DNA from: Candidatus Hydrogenedentota bacterium
GTDB lineage: Bacteria > Hydrogenedentota > Hydrogenedentia > Hydrogenedentales > SLHB01
Assembly (NCBI GenBank): GCA_963668025.2
Contig: CAXXTH010000010.1
Coordinates: 160,001 to 224,000, forward strand
Length of the DNA: 64,000 bases
Direction: 5' to 3'
This document shows positions 9,932-21,056 of this stretch, piece after piece. How positions within the stretch are numbered: position 1 is the stretch's first letter; each line of letters opens with the position of its first letter. The notes beneath the pieces are model-generated. The model did not search any database, was not told the origin of the DNA, and was given only the letters and a program-made list of their open reading frames with translations. The translations under genes and the position numbers were made by a program.

Positions 9932-11152
9932 ATGTCTGTTGATATCGCTCGGGTGCTGCGGGATGAGGCCATCGAGACTCATTTCCAACCCATTTGCATG
10001 ATCCGGGAACGGCATACATTCGGTTATGAATCCCTGGCCCGAGGCCTCTCTTCAGATGGGGAGCTCATAACTCCCTATTGCTTATTCGAGGCCGCGCGCG
10101 AACAGCATCTGCTGCTTGAGCTGGACAGGCTTTGCCGCAAGAAGGCGTTTGAGGCATTTTCCCGATGCGCTTCCAATGGCGAACGCCCGCTGCTTTTTCT
10201 CAATATCGAGACCTCGCTATTTGACTGGGATATTGTAGGCTCTGGCCAATTGTGCGCATGTGCAGCCGCGTGTGGAATCGAGCCGTCAAAGTTGGTGATC
10301 GAGATCGTGGAAAGCCGCGCCAAGGATTCAACGGCCCTCGAGCAATTTGTCCGCATCCACCGGGAGGCGGGCTTTCTCATTGCGTTGGATGATGTGGGAA
10401 GCGGCCATTCGAATCTCGATCGCATCGGCTGGCTGCGTCCTGATTTCATCAAAATTGACCGCTCGCTCATTCATGGCATGCCGGGTGACTATTACCGCCG
10501 TGCCGTGTTTAAGTCTTTGGCCGATATGGCGCACCGAGTGGGCGCTTTGGTGGTGGCGGAAGGCATTGAAAACATGGATGAGGCATTGCTTTCCCTCGAG
10601 CTGGGGGCGGAGATTCTCCAAGGCTACCATCTCGCCAGGCCAGACGCGGATCGCGTGGCCGCCAGGGAGATCGCGAATGAGATGTCCCAGCGCATCGCTA
10701 CTATGTTTCGCGGCCACATGATTCGCAGCATCATGGCGCGTAAAGAAGAGCACCAATCATTTTCCGAGACCGTCGAGTGCATCATCAGCATGCTGCGTGA
10801 AGCCGATGAAGGCGCTTTCGAGGAAGTGCTCGAACAATGCGCCCAGTCCTTCAACAACCTCGAATGTCTCTATATCCTGGATGCGAAAAGCGGGATTCAA
10901 GTCACGGAAACCATATTCGACAGCGCATTAGGGCCTGCCCGGCCGACGTTATTCCGCCCAGCCCAGAAGAATGCGGACCACTCGATGAAAGAATACTTCT
11001 TCCCGCTGCAATCAGGCCTGAATCGATATGTCACGGAGCCTTACATCAGCATGGCCACGGGTAACCGCTGCGTCACCGTATCCCAGCCTTTCGACTCGCA
11101 ATACGGCCGGAACTTGATCTTGTGCGTGGACTTGCTGCCCGCCGTGTTGTGA
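9932..11152 (+). CDS. EAL-domain c-di-GMP phosphodiesterase-like protein with YkuI-type C-terminal domain
   Basis: FQPI, ESLARG, LFLNI, EIVE, ALDDVGSG, IKIDR, AEGIE, QGY; C-terminal YVTEPYISMATGNRCVTVS. Confidence 0.9.
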   Translation: MSVDIARVLRDEAIETHFQPICMIRERHTFGYESLARGLSSDGELITPYCLFEAAREQHLLLELDRLCRKKAFEAFSRCASNGERPLLFLNIETSLFDWDIVGSGQLCACAAACGIEPSKLVIEIVESRAKDSTALEQFVRIHREAGFLIALDDVGSGHSNLDRIGWLRPDFIKIDRSLIHGMPGDYYRRAVFKSLADMAHRVGALVVAEGIENMDEALLSLELGAEILQGYHLARPDADRVAAREIANEMSQRIATMFRGHMIRSIMARKEEHQSFSETVECIISMLREADEGAFEEVLEQCAQSFNNLECLYILDAKSGIQVTETIFDSALGPARPTLFRPAQKNADHSMKEYFFPLQSGLNRYVTEPYISMATGNRCVTVSQPFDSQYGRNLILCVDLLPAVL

Positions 11153-11174
11153 ACCGCCGAAAAATGGCTTCGCG

Positions 11175-12248
11175 TCAAATGCCTTCGCCCGGCGAATTGA
11201 CCCATGACGGCTCGGTCTGCTGGATGGCTTGGATCTCCCGGGGAATCACATATACTTGCATCTCGCGCCGGAGGCCCAGTTCCCTGTAGCGCTCTTGCGT
11301 GATGGCGGCCTGTATGGGTGCGCCCCAATGGCTGGTGAGTTCCACTTTTACATACGGGCCCGCGGGATTCACATGGTCCACTCTAGCTTGAATGGCGTTC
11401 CCGCCTATGGGGGCCATGGCGAGATCGATCAGATGCGGGCGTACATAAATCGGCATACCCGTCTTGCCATTCTCCCCGTGGCCCACGATCTTGGTCTGGC
11501 CTTGCTCGGTGCGGCCATGGAAAAGGTTCACATCACCTAGGAAGTGATATACAAAGGGATTCGCGGGATGATGGTACACCTCTTCGGGAGAGCCTACCTG
11601 CTCGATGCGCCCTTCATTCAAGATCACCACGCGGTCCGCCACCTCGAGCGCCTCTTCCTGATCATGGGTCACAAACACACTCGTCACATGAATTTCATCA
11701 TGCAAGCGCCGCAGCCAGCGCCGCAGTTCCTTGCGCACTTTGGCATCGAGCGCGCCGAAAGGCTCATCGAGCAACAACACGCTGGGCTCCATGGCCAGCG
11801 CCCGCGCTAAGGCGACCCGCTGGCGCTGCCCCCCCGATAATTGGGCGGGATACCGTGACGCCAGGTTTTCGAGCTGGACCAACTGGAGCAGCTTGTTTAC
11901 GCGTTCGCGGATCTCGGCCTTCGAGGGGCGGATGCGCCGGGGCCGCACGCGCAAGCCAAAGCCCACATTGTCAAAGACCGTCATGTGGCGGAACAGGGCG
12001 TAATGCTGGAATACAAAACCGACCCGGCGGTCTCGGACATTTTTAGACGTGGCATTTTCTCCATGCAGGATAACCGTGCCGCTGTCCGGCGTCTCGAGCC
12101 CGGCAATAATCCGCAGCAAAGTCGTTTTGCCCGAGCCGGACGGCCCGAGCAACGCCACCAATTCGCCCGTCGCCACATCAAGGCTGGCATCTTCCAGCGC
12201 CACGAATCCGCCGAACCGCTTTGATACTTGTTCAACTCGAATGCCCAT
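11175..12248 (-). CDS. cysA: Sulfate ABC transporter ATP-binding protein
   Basis: [47 protein letters not shown]; TOBE tail. Confidence 0.96.
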   Translation of the reverse strand: MGIRVEQVSKRFGGFVALEDASLDVATGELVALLGPSGSGKTTLLRIIAGLETPDSGTVILHGENATSKNVRDRRVGFVFQHYALFRHMTVFDNVGFGLRVRPRRIRPSKAEIRERVNKLLQLVQLENLASRYPAQLSGGQRQRVALARALAMEPSVLLLDEPFGALDAKVRKELRRWLRRLHDEIHVTSVFVTHDQEEALEVADRVVILNEGRIEQVGSPEEVYHHPANPFVYHFLGDVNLFHGRTEQGQTKIVGHGENGKTGMPIYVRPHLIDLAMAPIGGNAIQARVDHVNPAGPYVKVELTSHWGAPIQAAITQERYRELGLRREMQVYVIPREIQAIQQTEPSWVNSPGEGI

Positions 12249-12251
12249 GCC

Positions 12252-13136
12252 CTATTCTCCCGCGGCTCCTGATAGATAGCGTTCGTATTCTTCGAGCTGG
12301 CGCTGTGTTTTCCATTCCGCGATTTTTTTCAGAATCAGAGTCACCAGACTCAATAGCGCCAGCAAAGACGCCACGGCAAACGCCGCCTCCGATTTATATT
12401 CGTTATACAGGATCTCGATTTGAAGCGGCATGGTAATGGTCTGGCCCCGGATATGCCCCGACACCACCGAAACCGCACCGAATTCGCCCACGGCGCGCGC
12501 GGTGCATAAAATAACTCCATAGAGAAGCCCCCAGCGGATATTGGGCAGCGTGATGCGCAAAAACGTCTGCCATCCGCTGGCCCCCAGGGCCAGAGCGGCT
12601 TCTTCATCCATATTGCCTTGCGATTCCATCAATGGGATCAATTCGCGGGCGACAAATGGAAAGGTGATGAATAGGGTCGCCAGCACCACACCAGGCATGG
12701 CGAAGATGATCTTGATGTCATGAGCGGAAAGCCAAGGCCCCAACGCGCCATGGGCTCCGAACAATAGAATGAAGATGAATCCCGAGATCACCGGCGAAAC
12801 GGTGAAAGGCAAATCAATGAGGGTCGTCAAGATGCGCTTCCCGGGAAACTCAAATTTCGCGATAGCCCACGAGGCGCATAAACCAAAGACAATATTCAAC
12901 GGCACGGCGATGCCCGCCGTAAGGAGGGTCATTCGTATCGCATGTAGCGTTTCTGGATTTCGGATGGCGTTCCAGTACACCTCCATGCCCTTGTGGAACG
13001 CATTGGCAAATACAACCACAAGAGGCAGCAGCAAGAAAAGAGCAAGAAAAATCAGAGCCAGCGCGGTAAGCGCCCACCGCACCAGCAGCGGCTCCGTCAG
13101 CACGCGCCCTCTCCTATTCGGCTTATTTTTTGGCAT
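12252..13136 (-). CDS. cysW: Sulfate ABC transporter permease CysW
   Basis: IDLPFTVSPVISG, FPFVARELIPLM, GEFGAVSVVSGHIRG. Confidence 0.96.
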   Translation of the reverse strand: MPKNKPNRRGRVLTEPLLVRWALTALALIFLALFLLLPLVVVFANAFHKGMEVYWNAIRNPETLHAIRMTLLTAGIAVPLNIVFGLCASWAIAKFEFPGKRILTTLIDLPFTVSPVISGFIFILLFGAHGALGPWLSAHDIKIIFAMPGVVLATLFITFPFVARELIPLMESQGNMDEEAALALGASGWQTFLRITLPNIRWGLLYGVILCTARAVGEFGAVSVVSGHIRGQTITMPLQIEILYNEYKSEAAFAVASLLALLSLVTLILKKIAEWKTQRQLEEYERYLSGAAGE

Positions 13137-13145
13137 GAATGGCTC

Positions 13146-13988
13146 CTACGCCAGAACTATGCGCCGGCCGCTCCACCACTGCAATAAATGGATACCCAGC
13201 AGCAAGAAAAAAGATATTGTAAGCATCGTGGCGGCCAGGGCCGTGGCGCCGGTATAATCATACTCTTCCAGCCGCACCATGATGAGCAGCGGCGCGATTT
13301 CCGTGCGTAACGGCATGTTGCCTGATATGAACACAATGGACCCGTATTCGCCCAAAGCCCGCGCGAACGCCATGGCGAATCCGGTCAGGCATGCGGGTAT
13401 CAATGGAGGAAACAGGACCAGCCAGAATATCTTCCATCGGCTGGCCCCAAGGCTCGAAGCGGCTTCCTCGACTTCTTGGTCGAGATCGGCTAGAACGGGC
13501 TGGATGGTCCGCACCACGAATGGCAATCCGATGAAAGTCATGGCGACGATAATGCCTAGCGGCGTATACGCGACCTTAATCCCAAGCGGCAGCAATAAGC
13601 TGCCCATCCACCCGTTGGTGCTGTAAATAGAAGTGAGCGATATGCCCGCGACGGCCGTGGGCAGGGCGAATGGCAGGTCTACCACGGCGTCGATGATGCC
13701 TTTGCCCGGAAATGTATACCGTTCGAGCACCCAGGCCACCACGAAGCCAAAGACTACGTTGATAAGCGCTGCTTTTGCGGCAGCGGTGAAACTGAGCGTT
13801 AGCGCGGCGAGTGCGCGAGGCGACGTTATCGCATGCCAAAGACCCTCTCCCCCCATGCCGGCCGCCCGGATGAACAGCATGGAAAGAGGGATCAAGACCA
13901 GCAGGCTCAGATAGGTGAGCGTGAAGCCTAACGTGAAGCCGAAGCCGGGGATCCGGCTTCGGCTTTGAGACCTAAAAAACGTCATCAA
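13146..13988 (-). CDS. cysT: Sulfate ABC transporter permease CysT
   Basis: [36 protein letters not shown]. Confidence 0.96.
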   Translation of the reverse strand: MMTFFRSQSRSRIPGFGFTLGFTLTYLSLLVLIPLSMLFIRAAGMGGEGLWHAITSPRALAALTLSFTAAAKAALINVVFGFVVAWVLERYTFPGKGIIDAVVDLPFALPTAVAGISLTSIYSTNGWMGSLLLPLGIKVAYTPLGIIVAMTFIGLPFVVRTIQPVLADLDQEVEEAASSLGASRWKIFWLVLFPPLIPACLTGFAMAFARALGEYGSIVFISGNMPLRTEIAPLLIMVRLEEYDYTGATALAATMLTISFFLLLGIHLLQWWSGRRIVLA

Positions 13989-14012
13989 GTATGTTCCCTG
14001 AATTCTCCTACA

Positions 14013-15035
14013 TCAGTTGGCGCCTGGCTGATATATTTGATCAAACGTGCCGCCCTCTGCAAAGTGTTTTTGCTGGGCTTGAGCCCACGAGCCGAAATAC
14101 TTCGTCAGCAGGAAAGCGGGCGCTTTCGGAAATTGGCTGGCGTATTTCTCCGCAACCGCAGCGTTGGTGGGCCGGTAATAATGCTTGGCCGCGATTTCCT
14201 GGCCCGCTTCCGAATACAAGTATTCGAGATAGGCCTGTGCGACTTCCCGCGTGCCATGCTTGTCAACATTTTTATCCACTAAGGCCACAGGCGGCTCCGC
14301 TACGATGGTAACAGATGGAACCACGATTTCATACTCGCCTGGATCAAGACTCTTAATCGTCAGCAATGCTTCGTTTTCCCATGCCAGCAACACATCACCG
14401 GTGCCCCGGAGAAAGGTGGTCGTCGAGCCACGAGCGCCGGTATCCAGCACAGGGACGTTTTGGAACAGCTTTTTCACAAACTCTTGCGCTTCCGCTTCCG
14501 TGCCGCCCTTTTCGAGGATATAGCCCCACGCCGCGAGGTAGTTCCAGCGCGCGCCGCCCGAGGTCTTGGGATTGGGCGTAATAATGGAAACGCCAGGTTT
14601 TACCAAATCATCCCAGTCCTTGATGCCTTTCGGATTGTCTTTGCGCACGAGAAACACGATGGTGGAGGTGTACGGCGAACTGTTCAACGTCAAGCGTTGC
14701 TGCCAGTCCGCAGGCAAAAGCGACGATTTCTCGGCGATGGCGTCTATGTCATACGCCAGCGCCAAGGTTACGACATCGGCCTCGAGCCCGTCGATGACCG
14801 AACGGGCTTGCTTGCCGGAACCGCCATGCGACTGTTGGATGGCCACTTCCTGGCCTGTTTTCTCTTTCCAATAGGCCGCAAAGACTTTGTTATAATCTTC
14901 GTACAGCTCCCGTGTGGGATCATACGAGACATTGAGCAATTCAATAGGTTTCGGGGCTTGTGCGAAGCTTAACGGCTGCCATGCCAGCCCCATGAGTGTT
15001 GCCGCTAGAATGGAAACACCGAGTACATACCGCAT
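14013..15035 (-). CDS. sbp: Sulfate ABC transporter substrate-binding protein
   Basis: [59 protein letters not shown]. Confidence 0.96.
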   Translation of the reverse strand: MRYVLGVSILAATLMGLAWQPLSFAQAPKPIELLNVSYDPTRELYEDYNKVFAAYWKEKTGQEVAIQQSHGGSGKQARSVIDGLEADVVTLALAYDIDAIAEKSSLLPADWQQRLTLNSSPYTSTIVFLVRKDNPKGIKDWDDLVKPGVSIITPNPKTSGGARWNYLAAWGYILEKGGTEAEAQEFVKKLFQNVPVLDTGARGSTTTFLRGTGDVLLAWENEALLTIKSLDPGEYEIVVPSVTIVAEPPVALVDKNVDKHGTREVAQAYLEYLYSEAGQEIAAKHYYRPTNAAVAEKYASQFPKAPAFLLTKYFGSWAQAQQKHFAEGGTFDQIYQPGAN

Positions 15036-15162
15036 ATGACAGGTTCCTTTCCTATCTTGACCGTTTTCACGGGCCGCTATTCTTGCTGCAAAGGCCTCAT
15101 TGGCATTATATTGCCAGAGGCTTGTATAGATTCTGGCGCACAGACCATTTCATCGTGTAGAA

Positions 15163-15178
15163 AGCAATCGGTATGCCA
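15163..15178 (-). promoter_or_regulatory. Sigma54 promoter for the sbp-cysTWA operon
   Basis: Minus strand TGGCAT-ACCGA-TTGCT, lying between sbp and a divergent sigma54 activator. Confidence 0.85.
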
Positions 15179-15406
15179 GGAATAGGAAAGGCTGCCCAGG
15201 CTCCATTTTTACAAGCGGATGGATAGCGACTGTTTTTTGTAAGCCACTTAATACAAACGAATTACAAGAAATGCGCCCCTCCCGGCAAAGGTAAGGAACG
15301 TGGCCGTATAGAATTTTGATTTCAGTTCACCTTAGGCGCTACCCTAGATTCCGTTAAATTTAACGGACTCATCTGTACATATAACTTGGAAATACCGTGA
15401 AATAAC

Positions 15407-16975
15407 ATGGAACCCATCCACAGCATCTCAGAAATTCTCTTGCATGTATGGCGGCAAGTCTCGCGAAACAATAATCTCAACACGTCCACCGCCGCCATCC
15501 TCAAAACGCTTGCGCCGCATATGCCCATATCTTCCGCTGTGCTTCTGCACGCCATCCGGGAGAAGGGCTGTATCGAGGCCATCGCCGCGGAAGGTGTGGA
15601 CGCGCCACTTTCCTTGGCGGAGAGCCGGATAGAATTAGCCCCCAGCGCCCTGGATGGGCTTAGCCAATGGGCCGTTTCCGGAAAACCGGCGCTATTCGCC
15701 TCCGCACCATCTGTTCTCACGGTCTTGCGCCCATTTTTACGGGCCAAAAGCGTGATGGTGGGGCCGTTGCATAACCAGCTTGGCCCGCAGGGCCTGCTGC
15801 TTCTGGGCGCAAGCGGCAATGCCGTTTTTACCCCTGGGCATCTGGAAGTCATGGACGCTCTGATCGAGCCTTTTTCGGCGGCGCTGGACAATGACCATCG
15901 GTTGCGTGAGTTGACGGCATACCGGGAAGCCGCCGAGGCCGATAAACGTTCCTTATTGAACCGCCTGGGACGGCGTGAGCTGGGCGACACCATCGTTGGA
16001 GCGGATTCCGGGCTCCATTCCGTGATGACCCGGATTAGTTTGGTGGCCCCTTCGGACGCGCCGGTATTGATTCTGGGCGAAACCGGCACGGGAAAAGAAT
16101 TGGTGGCGCGGGCCATTCACCGCCAGTCCTCCCGCGCCGAAGGGCCATTCATTCGTGTGAATTGCGGGGCAATTCCCCCCGAGCTGATCGACTCACACCT
16201 GTTTGGGCATGAAAAAGGCGCTTTCACGGGGGCCGTCGAGGCGCGGAAAGGCTGGTTCGAACGGGCCGATGGCGGCACGTTATTCCTGGATGAAGTGGGC
16301 GAACTGCCCGCCGCCGCCCAGGTCCGCCTGCTGCATATCTTGCAAGATGGCTGGTTCGAACGGGTGGGTGGGAACAAACCGGTCAATGTGAATGTGCGCA
16401 TCGTGGCCGCCACCCACCGCGATCTGGCCGCTTTCGCCGCCGAAGGCCGGTTCCGGGAAGACCTCTGGTACCGTATTGCGGTATTCCCCGTCCTCTTGCC
16501 TCCCTTGCGGGAACGGCGGGAGGATATTCCCGCGATGGCGCGCCATTTCGCCGAACGGGCCGCTATCCGGTTCGGCCTTGCCTCGCTCATGCCCTCGGAG
16601 GCCGATCTGGCTCTGCTCAATTCCTATGATTGGCCGGGCAATGTGCGGGAACTCGGCACCGTAATGGACCGCGCCGCTATCTTGGGCGACGGAAAGACGC
16701 TTGAAGTGGCCAAAGCACTGGGGATTTCGCCCTCCGCCCCGCCGCCAGCTCCTCTGATCACACGCCACCCCTCCATGGAAACAGAGTTTTGCTCTCTGGA
16801 CGAAGCCATGCGCCGCCATATCGTCAAAGCCTTGTCCCTCACCCGGGGGCGGATCGAAGGCCCTTATGGGGCCGCCCGGCTCTTGCAGCTCAATCCACAC
16901 ACCCTTCGGGCGCGCATGCGCAAGCTGGGCATCGCCTGGGAGCAATACCGGGCAGCCCAAAACCCTTCCCCGTGA
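15407..16975 (+). CDS. Sigma54-dependent enhancer-binding protein (GAF-like sensor, AAA+, Fis HTH; FhlA-like)
   Basis: GETGTGKE, GAFTGA, GGTLFLDEVGE, WPGNVREL, GAARLLQLNPHTLRARM. Confidence 0.95.
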   Translation: MEPIHSISEILLHVWRQVSRNNNLNTSTAAILKTLAPHMPISSAVLLHAIREKGCIEAIAAEGVDAPLSLAESRIELAPSALDGLSQWAVSGKPALFASAPSVLTVLRPFLRAKSVMVGPLHNQLGPQGLLLLGASGNAVFTPGHLEVMDALIEPFSAALDNDHRLRELTAYREAAEADKRSLLNRLGRRELGDTIVGADSGLHSVMTRISLVAPSDAPVLILGETGTGKELVARAIHRQSSRAEGPFIRVNCGAIPPELIDSHLFGHEKGAFTGAVEARKGWFERADGGTLFLDEVGELPAAAQVRLLHILQDGWFERVGGNKPVNVNVRIVAATHRDLAAFAAEGRFREDLWYRIAVFPVLLPPLRERREDIPAMARHFAERAAIRFGLASLMPSEADLALLNSYDWPGNVRELGTVMDRAAILGDGKTLEVAKALGISPSAPPPAPLITRHPSMETEFCSLDEAMRRHIVKALSLTRGRIEGPYGAARLLQLNPHTLRARMRKLGIAWEQYRAAQNPSP

Positions 16976-17007
16976 TTACTAACCGCTCGTTTTGTGTAAC
17001 ATTATAG

Positions 17008-17146
17008 CCAAGTGGTGAAGAATGACCGGCGAGGGCGCCGGTCCCACACCGTGATTACTTTATAACGTGTGGGACCGACGCCCTCGTCGGTCGACAAATG
17101 CAAAATGATGTATCAATACCGGTGAAAGAGAATAACAAGGCTGCCA
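17008..17146. repeat. Intergenic repeat containing a REP-like GACCGRCGAGGGCGYCGGTC palindrome pair (copy 1)
   Basis: Shares CCAAGTGGTG.AGAATGACCG.CGAGGGCG.CGGTC and ATGCAAAAT...TATCAATACCGG...AACAAGGCTGCCA with 20809-20899. Confidence 0.8.
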
Positions 17147-17623
17147 GAAATTTGGGTGGGCTCCTCCCTGAACGGTAGGGCAAGCCTACAAGATTTGAAG
17201 CTATTTTGATCCACAGATGACACTGATGAGCAATTGATAACGGAGTTACCTGAGCACAAAGTATCCCATTTGAAATTTTAGTGTATTTAGTGTATTTCGT
17301 GGTCTAAAATCCGACTTTCTGGTGAAGAGGCCCCTTCTTTGTGATTACAATTTCTTAACAATCTCCGTAACGAAAGAGCTCGATTTCATCAAAAATCACA
17401 ATATGTATTCCCATGCTTTTAAATGGAATGAGAATACACCGCTCTTCTGGCGTTTAAAATATATAACGCACTTAAATATCTGTAAAATAACAAGATAAAT
17501 ATTCTGCTCCGCATCCTTTTCTACTTCCATGCGCAATTTTTGAATGCATATACATGTATATACGCGCAAGGAGAAAAAATGGACTCGTCAGTTAATTATT
17601 GACAATTTGCCACATTATTCACG

Positions 17624-17652
17624 TTGTCAAAACCCCGATTCCCCGATACAAT
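17624..17652 (+). promoter_or_regulatory. Sigma70-type promoter for DUF1559 gene 1
   Basis: TTGTCA-N17-TACAAT; the same architecture recurs at 19252-19280. Confidence 0.6.
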
Positions 17653-17776
17653 CCTGTCAGGTTACGGCAAGCACAGTCGAATACAGCAGGCGCATTGAAA
17701 AGGAAAAACAGACCGCTTGCTTGCCGGTTTTCAGGATGCTGGCGAAAGAACATATACACTCGAGGAGTAACAAGCC

Positions 17777-18910
17777 ATGAGAAAACAATCTGGGTTCACG
17801 CTTATCGAATTGTTGGTCGTCATCGCGATTATCGCAATCCTGGCGGCCATATTGCTCCCGGCGCTGGCGCGCGCCCGGGAAGCAGCGCGGCGCGCATCAT
17901 GCCAATCCAACCTCAAGCAATGGGGGGTGATTTGCGCCATGTATGCGGGCGAGAACAGCAGCAAATATCCCGCCCAATGGAAATACACCCAGGGAGTGGA
18001 CAGTGATGGATATCCCTTGGTGGGCGCGCTCGGTATTGATTCGTCGGATCTGTATCCCGATTATTGGAACGATGTGCATATCAAGATATGCCCATCCGAT
18101 TCCCGGGCGGAGACCCGCACTTCGGACGATGTCTCGCGCAATGGCGTGGTTGAAGATGATGTCGCCACCCAAGTCCAAACCATTTCCGCCGTGGCGGCGG
18201 GTACGGACGCCCTTGTTGGCGCACGCAGCGCGTGCATGCATGCCATCATTGGCGCTCCCACCTCGTATATTTACTGTCCGTGGGCGGTCACTACCGCTTC
18301 CCAACTCTCCGACGCCCTGCGTATCACCTATGCTTCCATGCGCTACGGCACAGTCGCGGTTTGGGACGGCATCGAATACACCGGGATGCAGTCCTCCATT
18401 GACTCCACTTGTCCGGAGACGATTTGGGCGCTGTATAACAGCAGCTACAGCTACTACCCCGGCCAAAGCGATATCAATAGCAGCTTGGTGACGGCCGTGC
18501 GCGGCTCCAGCGCCGTTTATGATGATGATGGCGCGTCCACGCTTCCTACATCCTATTACCGGACCAAGGAAGGCATCGAGCGGTTCTTCATCACCGACAT
18601 CAATAATCCCGCTTCGGGCGCACGGGGCCAGAGCACCTTCCCAATCATGTGGGACGCCTGGAGCGCGGCCCAAGTGGGCGGTGACACCTCGAACCTCTCG
18701 GGTGCGGCTTCCTTCAACCACATCCCCGGCGGATGCAACGTCCTCTACATGGACGGGCACGTGGAGTTTGTCCGGCTGAACGCCAAATTCCCCGCCTTGA
18801 CCGACCTGGATGACGTCACCACCGGCTCCCAGACCCCCCTAGCGACCATCACCTATAACGACCGGCCATTCTTCCACTACTGGGCCAGCCAGTGGGGTGG
18901 TTGGAACTGA
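17777..18910 (+). CDS. Prepilin-type N-terminal cleavage/methylation protein, DUF1559 and H-X9-DG domain (paralog 1)
   Basis: [45 protein letters not shown]; [18 protein letters not shown]. Confidence 0.93.
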   Translation: MRKQSGFTLIELLVVIAIIAILAAILLPALARAREAARRASCQSNLKQWGVICAMYAGENSSKYPAQWKYTQGVDSDGYPLVGALGIDSSDLYPDYWNDVHIKICPSDSRAETRTSDDVSRNGVVEDDVATQVQTISAVAAGTDALVGARSACMHAIIGAPTSYIYCPWAVTTASQLSDALRITYASMRYGTVAVWDGIEYTGMQSSIDSTCPETIWALYNSSYSYYPGQSDINSSLVTAVRGSSAVYDDDGASTLPTSYYRTKEGIERFFITDINNPASGARGQSTFPIMWDAWSAAQVGGDTSNLSGAASFNHIPGGCNVLYMDGHVEFVRLNAKFPALTDLDDVTTGSQTPLATITYNDRPFFHYWASQWGGWN

Positions 18911-18933
18911 CCTTCCCTATGCCCTCTCCCCAT

Positions 18934-18987
18934 CCCGCGGCGGGCGGATAACGTCCCCATCGAGCCCGCCGCGGGCCTCCCTTTTTT
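18934..18987 (+). terminator. Rho-independent terminator
   Basis: CCCGCGGCGGGC/GCCCGCCGCGGG stem followed by a T tract. Confidence 0.7.
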
Positions 18988-19251
18988 CCTCACTTCTCCA
19001 ATTTCGTGCAAACCACCCCCCTCCTTTTTCCTCCCAGCCCTACTTTTTGAAGAAAAATATGGACAAAATAGGTTAAGATATCTCTTTACACATAAACTAA
19101 TATTACTTTATATATTCTTGCTTTTATTTATGCATGTATATTTTTATGTACCTAATTTATAAGACTATATGCATTTAATATTATGTATATTCTCGCACGT
19201 GAAAAATGCACGAAATTGGTTTACTCTTTACAAAAAAGCATATAATTCATA

Positions 19252-19280
19252 TTGCCAAACTGCCGATCTTCAGGTACAAT
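19252..19280 (+). promoter_or_regulatory. Sigma70-type promoter for DUF1559 gene 2
   Basis: TTGCCA-N17-TACAAT after a very AT-rich tract. Confidence 0.6.
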
Positions 19281-19524
19281 CCAGATGGTTATCGGGTATG
19301 TCCTACTGCGAGGCGCAGTGGACTGGCCGCTGGGCGTTACGGCCAATGGAATCCATGTGCGTTCTTTCGTGAGTGGCGATGAGGTGTTCGCTTCGCATGG
19401 GAAGAAAGTCTAACGGAGGGATGGCATGTTCGATAGCCAAAAGCGCGGTGATGGCTTCTTGTAGTGAAGGGCATGCGCCGCGAGACGTCATAATCAAAAA
19501 CAACATAGAAAAGGAGAGAATGCA

Positions 19525-20637
19525 ATGCGGAGACGATGTGGGTTTACATTGATTGAGCTGCTTGTGGTAATCGCGATTATTGCCATTTTGGCAGCAATAT
19601 TACTTCCTGCGTTGGCGCGGGCCCGGGAAGCTGCCCGGCGGGCGAGCTGTTCTAGCAATCTGAAGCAATGGGGTATCATTTTCAAGATGTACTCCGGGGA
19701 AAACAATAGTAAATTCCCCGCCCAATGGAAATACACCCAAGGATTGGATGCCCAAGGCTTCCCTCTAGTCGCGGCGCTCGGTTTGGATTCGACTCAGCTC
19801 TACCCCGATTACTGGAATGATGTTTCCATCAAGATCTGTCCCTCCGATTCCCGCGCTGAAACCCGCACTTCGACGGACGCCACGCGCGAGGGCAAAGTGG
19901 AAGATGACATAGTGGCTCAAGTGCAGCGAATCTCCGGTCTTTCCACGGGTTATACCACTGAACGGACGGCCTGCCTGAACGCGATCATTGGCGCGCCTAA
20001 CTCCTACATCTACAGCCCTTGGGCCATCCAGACGGCGTCCCAGTTGGCTGAGGCGCTGATGGTGAATTACAAAGCCATCACTAGTGGAGGCGGCGTCGCG
20101 TTGGAGACCTTAGATGGCGTGGCGGGCAAAGTGGGTGACACCACATGCCCGGTTAACATGAAGGTGGTTTGGAATCAGAGTCTGAGCTACACGCCGGGTG
20201 CAAGCGACATTAGTTCAGGGGTTTTCACGGCGGCTGGCATCAACACCAACACCACGCTGTATGACGATGACGGCGTTTCGGCATTGCCTAAGTCCTATAT
20301 CCGGTTGAAGGAAGGCGTTGAGCGGTTCTTCATCACCGATATTAATAATCCTGCTTCAGGTTCTGTCGGCCAAAGCACGCTGCCCGTGATGTGGGATGCG
20401 TGGAGCGGAGCCCAAGTGGGCGGCGACGCCGCAAATCAAACGGGCGTCAGCTCCTTCAACCACGTCCCCGGCGGCAGCAACGTGCTGTACATGGACGGCC
20501 ACGTGGAGTTTGTCCGCTTGAATTCCAAATACCCGGTGCTGGAAAAGTTTGAAACCACTACCCCCTATGCGGTGCAAGACTATAGCGGCCGTCCGTTCTT
20601 CATGTACTGGGCGAGCCAGTGGGGCGGCTGGAATTGA
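19525..20637 (+). CDS. Prepilin-type N-terminal cleavage/methylation protein, DUF1559 and H-X9-DG domain (paralog 2)
   Basis: Same motifs as paralog 1; identical C-terminus [10 protein letters not shown]; AAGGAG RBS. Confidence 0.93.
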   Translation: MRRRCGFTLIELLVVIAIIAILAAILLPALARAREAARRASCSSNLKQWGIIFKMYSGENNSKFPAQWKYTQGLDAQGFPLVAALGLDSTQLYPDYWNDVSIKICPSDSRAETRTSTDATREGKVEDDIVAQVQRISGLSTGYTTERTACLNAIIGAPNSYIYSPWAIQTASQLAEALMVNYKAITSGGGVALETLDGVAGKVGDTTCPVNMKVVWNQSLSYTPGASDISSGVFTAAGINTNTTLYDDDGVSALPKSYIRLKEGVERFFITDINNPASGSVGQSTLPVMWDAWSGAQVGGDAANQTGVSSFNHVPGGSNVLYMDGHVEFVRLNSKYPVLEKFETTTPYAVQDYSGRPFFMYWASQWGGWN

Positions 20638-20709
20638 TCTCCAATACTCAGGCGTTACCTTAGGGTAACGCCTGTTACAGCATATATATCCTCCTCCTCC
20701 TCTCTCAAT

Positions 20710-20750
20710 GCCGGCCCGGAAACCCTCCCCCGGGCCGGCGCCCCTTTTTT
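20710..20750 (+). terminator. Rho-independent terminator
   Basis: GCCGGCCCGG/CCGGGCCGGC stem followed by T6. Confidence 0.75.
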
Positions 20751-20808
20751 AGGCGGCCTTTGCGTTCTTGGCGGCTTTGCGTGAATACAAATCAAAATAA
20801 CACTTTAC

Positions 20809-20899
20809 CCAAGTGGTGGAGAATGACCGACGAGGGCGTCGGTCTTTAGATGCAAAATAAGGTATCAATACCGGCGCAAGACAATAAACAAGGCTGCCA
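20809..20899. repeat. Intergenic repeat, copy 2 (internally shortened version of 17008-17146)
   Basis: Direct sequence comparison with copy 1. Confidence 0.8.
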
Positions 20900-21056
20900 A
20901 ATATCAGATGCTTTTTCAGTCGGCTAAAGTGTTACAAAAATTCTTGATACTATATCTCACGCGAAGCCGCGAAGGTTCAAAGCGCGGCATTCATATAAGC
21001 CCGCATGCTTTCCTCGCGCCGATCCGATATACTTCCGTTTAGAACAAGGAGGCGGC

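Noticed and set aside
17777-20637. DGR-type diversification of the DUF1559 paralogs
   Set aside because: Divergence includes indels and many synonymous changes at all bases, as expected for ordinary paralogs.
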